A program made the position numbers and the translations under genes. Positions 38,301 to 51,836 of a stretch of DNA of 64,000 nt are shown here, one piece after another. The notes under the pieces are model-generated. The model was not told the DNA's origin. It saw only the letters and a program-made list of their open reading frames with translations, and did not search any database. Source of the stretch: Haliotis cracherodii (Eukaryota); assembly GCF_022045235.1 (NCBI RefSeq), contig NW_027266271.1:15190001-15254000 (forward strand), in the 5' to 3' direction. Numbering within the stretch: the first letter of the stretch is position 1; each line of letters begins with the position of its first letter.

Positions 38301-41300
38301 ACATACCTTCACACGTTGCCATGTCAGCAGCCATCTGGCAGTCATCAGAGCAGGAACAAGTGTACGTCTTTCACATACCTCCACACGTTGCCATGTCAGC
38401 AGCCAACTGGAAGCCATCACAGCAGGAACAAGTGTACGTCTTTCACATACCTTCACACGTTGCCATGTCAGCAGCCAACTGGCAGTCATCAGAGCAGGAA
38501 CAAGTGTACATCTCTTACATACCTTCACACGTTGCCATGTCAGCAGCCAACTGGAAGCCATCACAGCAGGAACAAGTGTACTTCGCTCACATACCTTCAC
38601 ACGTTGCCATGTCAGCAGCCAACTGGCAGCCATCACAGCAGGAACAAGTGTACTTCTCTTACATACCTTCACAAGCTGCCATGTCAGCAGCCAGCTGGAA
38701 GTCATCAGAGGAAGAGCAAATGTACTTCGCTCACATACCTTCACAAGTTGCCATGTCAGCAGCCAACTGGAAGCCATCACAGCAGGAACAAGTGTACTCC
38801 TCTTACATACCTTCACAAGTTGCCCTGTCAGGAGCCAACTGGAAGTCATCAGAGGAAGAGCAAAATTAATGTACTTCGCTCACATACCTTCACAAGTTGC
38901 CCTGTCAGGAGCCAACTGGAAGCCATCACAGCAGGAACAAGTGTACTTCTCTTACATACCTTCACAAGTTACCATGTCAGCAGCCAACTGGAAGCCATCA
39001 GAGCAGGAACATGTGTACGTGCCAGCAGGTGAGTTCGCACAGTTCTGCGAACACGTTGTATTCACGGCACATTCGTCAATGTCTGTTGGTAAAAAGAACA
39101 TGTTGTAACGACGATCATCAATTAAGGTATCGAGGCAATGTTTGTCAATGCTTTGATTGTGGCCTTACGTCGCACCTANNNNNNNNNNNNNNNNNNNNNN
39201 NNNNNNNNNNNNNNNNNNNNNNNNNNNNNNNNNNNNNNNNNNNNNNNNNNNNNNNNNNNNNNNNNNNNNNNNNNNNNNNNNNNNNNNNNNNNNNNNNNNN
39301 NNNNNNNNNNNNNNNNNNNNNNNNNNNNNNNNNNNNNNNNTGATATAATAGGTAACGTCTCTTGTCCGAATTCGATGACATTCAAGTCCCCGAGTCTGAC
39401 CCCAGGTCCATTTAGTCGCCAAGCATATTTTAATAATCTCACAATTACACCAATAACACACGAATATTTGTGACCAAGCTTTACAAATGTCTCAACAATT
39501 GGTATTAACGAAATGACACAACATGCCCAAGCCTCTGGGATTAATGACTACAACAGGCGTATCGAATTGCTCTACAAACATATTCCTTTTCAGTTTCGTC
39601 GGTAGCATTCTCAGTGTCATAATTCTGAAAACTGGATTCAAAAGATGAAAGAACATTCAGCAAATACCACAGGCATCTGCATCACACACATTGTACACGT
39701 ACCATCACAGGTTTTGTTGTCGGCGTCTCTTAGCTGGTATCCTGGGTTACAGAAACATATGTCTGTTCCTCCTTCAACACGACAACCACCGTTGGCGGAG
39801 CAGTCTGTTCTGTTGCAAGTCGCAGCTCCAGGTTTCACTGCGTAATAAAGACACGGACCACTTGAGGTGTGTGAATTAAGGCGATATACGTGTGTCCTTA
39901 TGGAGATATAATTTACTTGGAACAGCAAACAATACACTAAAAAGGTCAAGTGCTTTATGAGTCAGAAACGAGAATACTGTTTGACGCCACAAGCGATATT
40001 CCAGCTCTATCTTGGCGTCACGTAAATATTTGAATCGGGAAAACCACTCCTTCATTCTGTGAGCAACGAGGTAAGTACACTGTAGCACCCCAATACCAAT
40101 TGATAATAATATCAAATAAATTTAATTATGAAGCTTGCAGAGACCCCTGCACCGCATATACTTCACATTAGTTTTAAATATATATGCATTAACCGAAAAA
40201 TACGTTCATTGTCGTAACAGGACAGAGATGTGTCCCTCTGCCGTGTCAAGATACGTGGATCGTTTGCTTAAATCCTCGACTCGCCATCATTATAATAATT
40301 GATATGACGGGAGTCACCTTGCTCGTGGGTTTCACAAATATGAAAACTCCATCACATCTGGGATTACACCACATTCTGTTGCAACGCTGTGATCTTATTG
40401 AAAATAGGTTACATCGGCATGACACTGACTCACAAACTGGTTTATAAACTCACATGTGCACTTTCTCCTTTCTTTGGTGAGTTGATATCCATCGTAGCAT
40501 TCACATGCATAGCCACCTTGTGTGTTCCTGCACTTGTGATCACAAGCATGCTTTCCCAGACTGCACTCGTTGATATCTGCCATAGAACACCACAGTATTG
40601 AGGTGAAATGGGGTTAGGAGGCGTTCAGATTATTGCTTAGTTTGTTTTTTAACGCAGCACTCAGCAATAATATATCAGCTGTATGACGACGGTCTGTAAA
40701 TTATCAAGTCTGAACCAGACAATCCAGTGATTAACGCCATGAGCATCGATCCACGCAATTAGGATACGATGACATGCATCAACCAAGTCAGCGAGCCTGG
40801 CCATTTCGATTCCGTTAGTCGCCTCTTACGACAAACACAGTCGCCTTTTACGGTGAGCATGGCTTGCTGAAGACCTATTCTAACCCTTAAGATTATTGTA
40901 CTTATATGTATGTGCGTGTGGCTGCTTGTACTAGTCCGGACTAATGCCGATATTATAGCTCCATCCTACTGAGATACCATACCGCAGGTTAACATGAATA
41001 CCCAACTCAGACACAGTATACTGACTCCGAGCCGAACTGTTCTTGTTTTAGCCCCTTAATTCCGAGCGCCAGGCAGGGTAACAACAAGTACCATCTTTAA
41101 ACGGTATGACGCGGCCGGGGATCGAACCCCGACCTTCCGCTCTCCGGATGGACGCTCTACAGCTGGACCAGAGCTAGATCAGAGCTAGACCACAGCTAGA
41201 CCATGGAGACGGTCCAGACATTCATATTGAGGAGCAAATAATTTTCATAATCAGTTCAGTTGTGGGTATGAATTGTAAGTTAAATTCTTATGGTCATGTG

Positions 41301-44300
41301 TCTTTGATCACATTCACATCAAACGATTCGATCGCTTATCGATCACAAACAATACTGCAAGCCTTAATAAGGCCTTCTTAACCCTGCAATGCATGCAACT
41401 CTGCTTATTGATAATAAGCAGGTTTGTTGGTATTTTGGGGAACTCTGAATCTGTATATATGGATCTAAATGTGAAACATACATGTATGAGGCGACTACCT
41501 GCTCCCTTTTATGGCTTGTCCCAATGGTTTTAGTTCTAGTTTAGATGGGTTAATAAGTGGAAGGAAATTATCCAAGTGACCATTATTAAAGATATAACAT
41601 AATCGATATACCTAAATCTCGCCAAATCCCCGTGGTCAGATTTTGGAGATCTCAGCAGTAATTCCGTTTCATAGACATAAAGAGTGAGTGAGTATGGTTT
41701 TATGCCGCTTTCAGCAATATTCCAGCAATATCAAGGCGGGGGACACCAGAAATGGGCTTCACACATTGTACCTATGTCGGGAATCGAACCCGGGTTTTCG
41801 GTATGACAAGCAAACGCTTTTCACCACTAGTCTACCCGACTGCCCCCATAGACATAAAGAAGGGGAGCACATTTGGTGCCCATTGGGATGTCTACTTCTG
41901 GTGGAATTCTGGTCAATGCCATACGGCTTATAACCTATGGATTTACACAATATCGAACCTGGCATGAATTTATGTATGATGCATCAACAACTATATTTAA
42001 ACTAATTTAAATAAAGTAAATATATTAACTGGCATGGTGTCGGATGACGAGCACTCATTACTGTATATTCCTGCCATAGTAACCGACCAATTCACCCTTT
42101 AACCTGTTTTTTTGTTGTCAAGGGCTAGCAGCGCCACTGGGTCTGCATTTTCATTTCCATGAATGTTTGTGAGAAGCGGGATCCAACAAAGCTCTCTACC
42201 CGCTACCCTTGATCCGATAGTTTTGTATATTCATGCATTTAGAAGAGATACAGATAAGGAAGATAAGTTATGGATGTCAACTTCTTTATTATGAGGAACA
42301 CAATGTTTCGGATTCACTTGATGAAGGAGTAATGGTACTTCGAAACGTTGTGTTCCTCATAAAAATGAAAGTTGACATCCATGAATTCTTTTCTTCATTT
42401 GAATGTAGGTAACAGCTAGGAGATTTTCTGTGTAATCAGCGATATAGTTTGTTGTTCTAAACTATCTGACTGTTGGGACATCTGACTAATGGTAGCTCAC
42501 CGAATAATCACCAGCCGTAATAATGAAATTGAATAATGAAGGCAGAAGACTCTGAATCTCACCCATGCAGGAGCCCTTGCCTTCCTTGATGAAACCAGGC
42601 CTGCAGCTGCACAGATAGCTCCCTACAGTGTTCCGACAATCCTGATCACATAGATTGTCTGCAGCCTCCGAACACTCGTCAATATCTGCGAAAGAAGCAT
42701 GGTGCATTTTAATAATAACCGTGATTGGAATTATAGTATCTTGGTCACCAATGTTTTCCAGTTAAACACAGAGCTCCCGATACGCTGTGTCTTTGCGTAT
42801 ATTGCGCAAAACAAATCAGAGTTGTGTACAAATACGTTTGAACACCCCCACCCCACCCCCCCCCACCCCCCCCCCCCCACACACACACACATAAAACAAA
42901 CAAAGCAACAAGCAAGATCAACAACAACAAACATAAAACAAAACAAACAACAAACCAAACAGAAACCAGCAAAAAAACCAACCCCACCCCCCCCCAAAAA
43001 AAACAACAACAATAGTATAACAACAATGCATATTTACCCACTGTATCCTTTTCAACTAGCGTACCTGTATTTCTTTAAAGATCTTTGTTTACAAGCAAAA
43101 CTCATGAAGTTTGAACTGCAGTGAATAATGCATGAATCCCGCTTATTGTTAATTAAGTGGTAAACTGGCCTACATCACCAGTTCGGCGTCAAACAACAAA
43201 CAAACAAAACAATCATTAAGCTGACTCGCCGTCATATAATTGAAGCACTGTTCTGAGGTAAATTCACCTACAACCCCATAACGACCCGTGAAGATCCAGG
43301 TTACAAAAGGTCTTTAGGAACTCATGCTTGTCGTAAGAGGCGATTAACGGGATTGGGTTGTCAGGCTCGCTGACTAGGTTGATGCATGTCATCGTATCCC
43401 AATTACGTTTATCGATGCTCATCATATTAATCACTGGATTGTCTTGTCCAGACTCGATTATTTTTAGGCCGTCGTCATATAGCTGGAATATTGCTGAGTG
43501 CGACGTTGAGCAACAAACAAACAACCCCATAACATTGGTCTGTGACACTGTCAACAAAGCTTTGCACTGGTCACTCTTCAGACTCACCTTCGCAAGTGCT
43601 GGCATTAGCGGAGAGCCCGTAGCCTGTGCGGCATATGCACCTGTAAGACCCAGGGGTGTTGAGGCAGTCGGAGATGGCCAGAAATGTCGCTGTGGAGGAA
43701 CACTCGTCGACATCATCCTGGCACTTGTCCCCTGTCCACCCTTGGTCACAGACACACCCCTTGACCTTGTCACACCACCTTGTCCCCAGGTGTTCACAGT
43801 CACAGTTGTTGGCACAGTTCTCACCCCAGTGGTAGTCGTCGCAGGCTGCAACAGAAAACAAATACACCTGTACACTTATTTTTGAGTTTCTGAGATGGGT
43901 TATCACCGATTTGAACAGTATTGCAGTTATATCACGGCGTGTCAGCTTAATGTGGGAAGAAAGCCAGAAGTGACGTAGGTCTTAGACATTTACCACTTTG
44001 GTGAAACCCACGTGAACGGGTATGGTGCTGGAAAACCTAGAAACATTATCGGGGCGAAGCAAGATTCGAACCCATGAGCATAGGTTTCTTCACAGCAATT
44101 TGCGGCGCCTTAGACGACTGGGCCACCCGTACACAACAACAGCCCTTTAGTCTGCAAAGCCTGTTTCGACTGTTGGGAACATCAAAATATAATTAAGGAA
44201 TATTACCACGCCAACATATTCGTTGATAACGAGATGTGTTATTCTGGACGATTACCCGGCAAAATATCACATCTATATGATGGCGGCCTGTAAATAATCG

Positions 44301-47300
44301 AGTAATGGACCTTACAATCCAATGATTGACATAAGCATCGATCCACGCAATTGGGATACGATGACATGCACCAACCAAGTCAGTCAGCCTGACCACCCGA
44401 TCCCGTTAGTCGCCTCTTACGACAAGCATGGGTGGCTGAAGACCAATTCTAACCCTATTCTAACGGGCAATAATATCCGAATTAACGAGGTTCCACAGTA
44501 ATTGGAAACTTTTGGCATATGTTTTTTCATTTTTTACATATATTATGCACAACTATATATGTATATCTTAACGATGATTGATTGACAAACATGTCGCTCT
44601 TGTATTCGAGATTACGAGATATTTTGATCTATTTTCAGAACTTACAAACACATGTTCGGCCATTGTTGTCAAGCCTTGAACCAGCTGTACACCTGCAGGT
44701 ATACGACCCTGGGGTGTTTGTGCAGGTGTCTTTGTTCGTACACAGGTTCAGTGTGTCATCGAAACACTCATCGATGTCTGCAGAAATACAACAAACAGTG
44801 TGTAACAAGCATTTAACGTTGTCATCATATTATAACTTCAATGTGAGTACGCTAAACATTTATTCTGCATTTTATGTATAGAGTGACTCGATCTTATTGT
44901 GTAAAGATCATGCAGTATGTGTCGAGGAAGACCAGGTAACAATTCAAACGTTGTATTCAAACTGGAGCGCCCGAGATCCACACAGCGTCACGCCCAATTC
45001 CCTTGTATCGTTGCTGGTGAACTTCTTCCAACGCTAATTCTATGTCACAGTTCGTAAGTTTGAAAGTTTACATTGCACAAGTTTTTGTCTAGAAGATGAA
45101 TATGTGTTTAGAAACTTTCACAATGGAAGAATGCATGCATTCTGTATTTTGGATACTTGAGCCATGCAATACAGAAAGAACCGAATGTTCTGTCAAATGA
45201 CATAATTTATACGCCGTACCTAGTATTTACACTATGTTCTAATCTACTACTATTAATATTTTTAATGACATTATGAAAACGGAAGATCACAGCAGTCGAT
45301 GACACAGCAGTAAACGGTAACTTCAACGTTTTGATAAGCCTACTGTCAATCTGACAGAGAGCCGGGCTCAATAGATGCATGAATCGTCTCACCTGTGCAC
45401 GTTTGAAGGTCTGATCCGAGGAAGTAACCTCGGTTGCAACGACAAACAGAGTTGCCGTCCACCACGGTGCAGTAGTGGGTGCAGTTCAGCGTCAGGCCTT
45501 CACAGGGGTCTGTCTCATCAAGATCTATAATGTTACAGTGTCATTTTTTATAACATTGGTGTTTCTGGTGACATGACCTGGCAAAGGCGGGTCGGTTGGC
45601 TGGCAATATTTAATCTATATATTTTGAATTTTAAATCATAATTGTTAACGACATATATTCCCAATTTATTTCGCGATAATTTCTTATGGACCGGAATGAT
45701 TTTTCGGTTGCAGCAATGTGCAGTTGTACATGGGTTCCTTTAAACATTAATATTCCTATGTAGCTTATGTCATGTAATAATTAACCTCGGTATGTTCTGA
45801 GTGAGTGAGATGGGTTTAACGCCGCTTTTAACAGTATTCCAGTTATATCGCAGCGTGTCAGCTTAATGTGGGAGGAAAGCCCGAAGTGATGCAGGTCTCA
45901 GACGTTTACCACTTCGGTGAAACCCACGAGCACGTGTATGGTGCTGACAAACCTAGAAACATAATCGGGGCGAACCGGGATTCGAACCCTCAATCATAGG
46001 TTTCTGGCGTGCCCAAAGGGCGCACCTCTGCACAGCGAATGACGGCGCCTGAGATGACTGGGCCACCCGTGCCCCTCGGCATGTTATGATGTGTGAGAGC
46101 CTATCTGTAAACTCCTCATTATAGACGCTATACAAACAGACATATAATGACTTGTCATTAGGAAGAACTTTGTTTTTTGTCTTCGAAAGGAGGGTCCCTT
46201 TTATCAAATTATGGACCCATTATGTATCTTTAGACATCCGGTGAAGAATTCGTGTTTTAAACCAGAGGCAAAGGAACAACTACCAAACAGAATTTAATGC
46301 CCTCTGTGAAGGTCACCTTTAGTGCACGTCCTTCTGTCGTCGTTGAGGGTGTGTCCAATGGCGCAGTAACAGTTGTAGCTGCCGTTCTTGTTGACACACG
46401 AGTGTTCACAGTTAGCCTGGCCGTTGTCACACTCGTCAATGTCTGGAGCAGATACATATTTTTGATAACACCTGTTGGATATTCATACATGCACAATCAA
46501 ACGCATTGAACCACACTTAGCATTCAGCATCAGTTTCAACATATTGGGACAGTCATGCACCACCATAATCACTGAATATCATTGAATCATAATTATCATT
46601 TAACAACTGAGTATCAACATAAACATGAGAAATGCATACACCACCATTAAACTGAAAATCATCGAACCATTCGTGCATCATCATAATATCTAAAAACCAC
46701 ACTTGCATTTAACATGCAAGCTTCGTCAGAATAATTCAATTTTAAACATCACCCAATACCCTGTCGAGCTAACCATAATGAAAAAAAGGATGTTTCTCAA
46801 TCAAGAATTCTACATAAATCATGAAATGAATTTATTATCAGCGTAATCACGAATATTTTTAAATGTTGAAAAGTTTCTTTCTAAGCAAGTGCGGAAACAC
46901 TTTGGTGGTGTAAAAGATATCAACTGGAACGTTTACTTGCAAAAACAAAGTCAGCACCTTCACCGTCAATTCCCCAAAGCTCCCCAAATGGTAATATACT
47001 ATGTAGTTTCTGTCCGAAATCAATACTTCCAGATCTTGCCCTATTCAAGACAACTTCTCAAAGATCAAAGTTTCAAGACTGCGCAAGTACAAGCAGCAGT
47101 AACCTCGAAGACGACCTTGGCCTTTGATAGACATGTCACCAACGTTGTCTGCGGTACTATTTGTAAAATCAAAAATGCAAAGAGTGTAGAGGAACCAATG
47201 CCTCAGAAACTGATAATGGTATAACACTGTTTTACAAAGGACCGAACGTTGACTATTGACTCATGTTGACCAAACCTTTCCAAAACAGGGCCTAATCCTT

Positions 47301-50300
47301 CAGGAGGTATATATAGTTTACCGATAAATGCACTGATAACTTTTGAGAATGTATAACCACAAACGTTTTATTGAGAACTTCCTGTCTTGTGACTTTTGCC
47401 TTCTCATAACATGTGCCAAACGAAACCCACTAGGTGACGAAAGAATAATATCTAATTTCAATGATCTTTGAGTAGTTGCTGTTAGAAAAATCACCGACTG
47501 TGGTGGAGACAGTCAAAATCTAACAAAACCCAATTGTTGTCCCATTGTAAGGGGCCGCAAGGAATGTAAAACATACATCACAACCTTTTCATGAGAAAAT
47601 GGTAACAACATGCAGTCTATTTCTTATAAACGTACAGAAATGAACTGATAATTACAGTAATAAAGTCCATTCATGTCGCGCCTCATTCCATTTACCAAGT
47701 TAGTGCTCATAGGACGACACTACTGTTACCCTGGAATTTGGATCAGTTTTCACTTAAAATATACTCACCACTCTGTGAAATATACGTATATAGAACGTCA
47801 ACGCCAGAGAATAACCAGTCTCGATTATCCAACGACACAAATTCCATTGGGTGTCAAAGGCAAAAAAGACGTTCAAAATTATTTGAATGGATCACTAAAA
47901 AATCAGAGATGATACAATCTGTTGTATGAGACGGAAGAAATCACAGAAGTTTACAGTCCCAATTTACTATCTTATCCTACCGGGTACCAATTAACCACTG
48001 GGTGAACAGACGCATATTTCTAACAAAGACGCCTGCCTAAGGAGACATACATATTACCTGCGTTTCAATGTGGGGCAGAATCGACGCCCTAGAAATACCC
48101 AGGAATCAGTGGACAGACCAACCATGTGCCACCAATACTACCCTCAACTGTTGTAACGGTAACAAGCAAAAACGCAACTCAAACTTCAGAGGAGATTAAT
48201 CAGTGTACGAACAAAAACACCCTAATCACAGTTAAAGTAGGTATGTTTCCTTACCAGAGCATATATCACCATCTTTCTTGAAGCCAACATCACAGTCACA
48301 GGTGTAAGAGCCATTGACGTTGTTGCAGACGGAGTTGGCGGGGCAGGCGGTAGTATCGTCATCCTCACACTCGTTGATGTCTGAATTCAGAAGTACAACC
48401 ATTGCATGCGTCAAGAGGTTTAAGTACAAATGACCTGATATTCACATTATAAATAAAATCTGGAACAAATGCGCATTGTGAAGGATTGCAAGGAGTGCAT
48501 GACATTGCAGACTGTGGACTAGAGAATTAGTGAATTAAATACTCTTTTTGAAATACTTGGCGCCTCGTACCTAACAGTAAAGCGTGGTTATGGTTATCTC
48601 AGGCTATACATCAGCATTAACTCCTACCTATACAGTCAAACCCATCCTCGGTGTAGCCTGGCGGACAGGAACATATGTAGGCATCTTCCGTGTCGTTACA
48701 TATCTGTTTGGACCCACAGATGGTGAGGTTCATCTCGCATTCGTTGACGTTCCCGTCGCAGTTAACCCCTGTCTCCCCAGCCTGGCATAGACAGCCAAGG
48801 GCAGGGTCACACATAAAGCCTTGACCTTGACATTCGCACGTGAAATTGCATTCGACGCCCCATCTCGGAAAACCACATTCTGAAAATAATTGTCACATTG
48901 TGTTTGAAATGAATTCATTTATTAAAGGTACCAAAAAGAAATAGGAACTTTAGGAACTCTTTGAAAGGGGAGGCTAAAAGCGTCGGGACGGCCTATTGGT
49001 TGATTAAATGTCATCATACATAGCTCGTAATATCAATCACAGATTTGTCTGGTCCAGACTCCATTACTACAGTATATTCCTCGGTATATATAAATCAATA
49101 TATTTTCGGGAAAGAGCAGGTTTCCAGCACTCCATGACAAGTATACTACTAAAACAAGTTGAGGACCAATCGATTCATAACACAATAGTTAATTTCTCAT
49201 GACAGATTAACTGTAGAAATATGAAAGAAAGGGGTGGCCCTTAACTATATTATGGGTAGTATATAAACAATACTCGTTTGTTTGTGTGTGACCTGGATGC
49301 TTGTGCTATCAACCACTGGTTTTCCTAACCAATACTCGAATGCATAAAGGTCGATGTGTTTACCAGTATATTGCTAACATTCACACTCTCATTAAACACA
49401 AGTGTTTGCTAAAGAGACTATTTGTGTAGGGTACTCACTGAGACATGACTGCTTGTCTGAATCGAGTCTAAAGCCTGCGTTGCAGGAGCACGAGTAGCTG
49501 CCGCTGGTGTTGGTGCAGATCTGGGAGCAGAGGTTGTTCTGACATTCGTCGATATCTAGAAACACGCAGTTCACACATCGCGAGCACGCTGGATGTAACG
49601 TCATTTAGAAGTGTATTTCAGTAATACCAAGTCGAAATCCCAAATGACGAAAAGTGGTTGACTTTTGTGAATCACGAACACGGGAATGGTATAGCCGGAC
49701 CAAGGATCATAGTTGGGGCTCACCAACGATCAATCCTGGCACATCTAAGGGACGCAACTCGTCTCACTAATTAGGACACGTTACACCCTTGCGTAATTCT
49801 TGCGCACACTGAGCCTCCCTTGACAACAGTAGCGAGTGAGTGAGTGAGTGAGTGAGTGAGTTAGTTGGGTTTAACGCCACTCTAAACACTATTCCAGTTA
49901 TATCACGGCGTGTCAGCTTAATGTTGGAGGAAAGCCAAAAGTGATGCAGGTCTGAGACGTTTACCACTTTGATGAAACCCACGAGCACGGGTAAGGTGCA
50001 GACAAATCAAGAAACATAATTGGGAAGAACCGGGATTCGAACCCACAATCATAGGTTTCTGGCCTGCGTAAAGGACGTATAATACGATTTGTGTCATATA
50101 TACATCTGAATATTTACAGACCGCCGCCATATAGCTGGCATATTGCTGAGTGCGGCGTTAAACAACAAATAAATAAACAAATACACAAAGAAACAACTAC
50201 TACTGATTACTACTGGTAGTAGTAATAGCAAAATAAGTAGACAAAGTCATCGATATCCCTGCAATGGTAAATAGTTGTAGTGAAGTTGTCAACTGGTTTA

Positions 50301-51789
50301 TATGAATCATAAACTCGAAAAATAAGTTTAAAAAAATTCCAAACTATCACAAGGCACAAGTTGTCATGGAAACTCGAAAAATATTTTTTTCGAAAATCCC
50401 AAACTATCAAAAGGCACCAGTTTACCACTACACCAATCTATGTGTCAAGTTTGGTGAAGAAGTATTGTACGGTTTTCAAAATCTCCACCGGAAACGAAAT
50501 CTTGCACGGACGAATGGGATGGGCGTTGACCATCTTAATGCCCCCGCAAAACGGGTTGCAGAGGGTAAAAAGGCCATGATAGTGATATAAGGTGACAATT
50601 GACCTGCTTCTAAACCACCTATTAAGGAGCTTGATGTGTCAACAAAATATATTTGTAAAATAAGTTTCTCAGACGGAAATTTCTTGCAGTGCCAACCAAA
50701 ACTTTATTTTTCAACATTATTACCAATATTAATCATTTTAACAGCTCCAGTTAACAGAATAAATGATCTTAGTACATTATCTCATCAGATTATAGGTCAC
50801 AAATTGCTCCGTTGCGCTGAAATTGAATCCGTTATGATCCTACGTAAATTTTCAGCTCATACACCCTCTGAACAATATGTAACCAACAAGGATAGGATCT
50901 CCAAATCAAATCAAATGTTACTGGTATATAAAGTTGAACACACAACTGCACGTCTAAGAATTCAAAGCTCTACAAACGATCGTGCTGACATACCTATACA
51001 TGTTGCATTGTCATCGCCAAGTTTATAGCCTGATTTACATGCGCACGTTCTGGCGGTGGTGTCACACACCTGGCTGCAGTCCAGGCCGTTACACTCTTGT
51101 GGGGCTAGAAAATATAGAGTAATGACATTGTATTGAACACTTGTTGAATAAGCATTGGGGATCCATGGAGGTTCACCCAGATCTTAGTATTAGTTACCCG
51201 GGGTGATTCCTGGGAAGTTTAGGTCCCCAGTGTTCCATGTTTGTCGTAAGATCTGACTTAAGATGACCCAGGGGTCCATCCATATAATATCAATCTCAAT
51301 TCAGTTATGACAAATACCCTGGAACCAATCGTCACAAAACCTCTGTTTTGAGTCTTAGAATGACACGGGCCAAGAAAAGACACCCGATCAAATGAGACTG
51401 TTCTTTCGCGATTAAAACTGACAAGACTTTTGGTACTCGATTCGACTTTTGCGTGCCGCAACAAATACAACAGGAACTTCTTGTAGGAATCTGGTGAGTG
51501 GGCGAGTGAATGAGTGGGTTGGCTTTAACGCTGCTTTAAGGTGTATTCCAGTTACGTCATGGCGTGTCAACTTGATGTGAGATGAGTGCCCGAAGTGATG
51601 CAGGTCTGAGACATTTACCACTTCGGTGAAACCCACGAACACGGGTATGGTGCTGACAAACCTAGAAACATAATCGGCGAGAACCGAGATTCAAACCCAC
51701 AATCATAGATTCTGGAGTGCCCAAGGGACACAACTCTGCACAGCGAGTCGCGGCGCCTTAGGACTTCCATCTTCTATATATATATATAT

Positions 51790-51836
<47 letters not shown>

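Noticed and set aside
37596-39032. 478-aa, 409-aa and 344-aa repeat ORFs
   Set aside because: By-products of a 72-bp (3n) array derived from a minus-strand EGF exon end; no independent gene signals.
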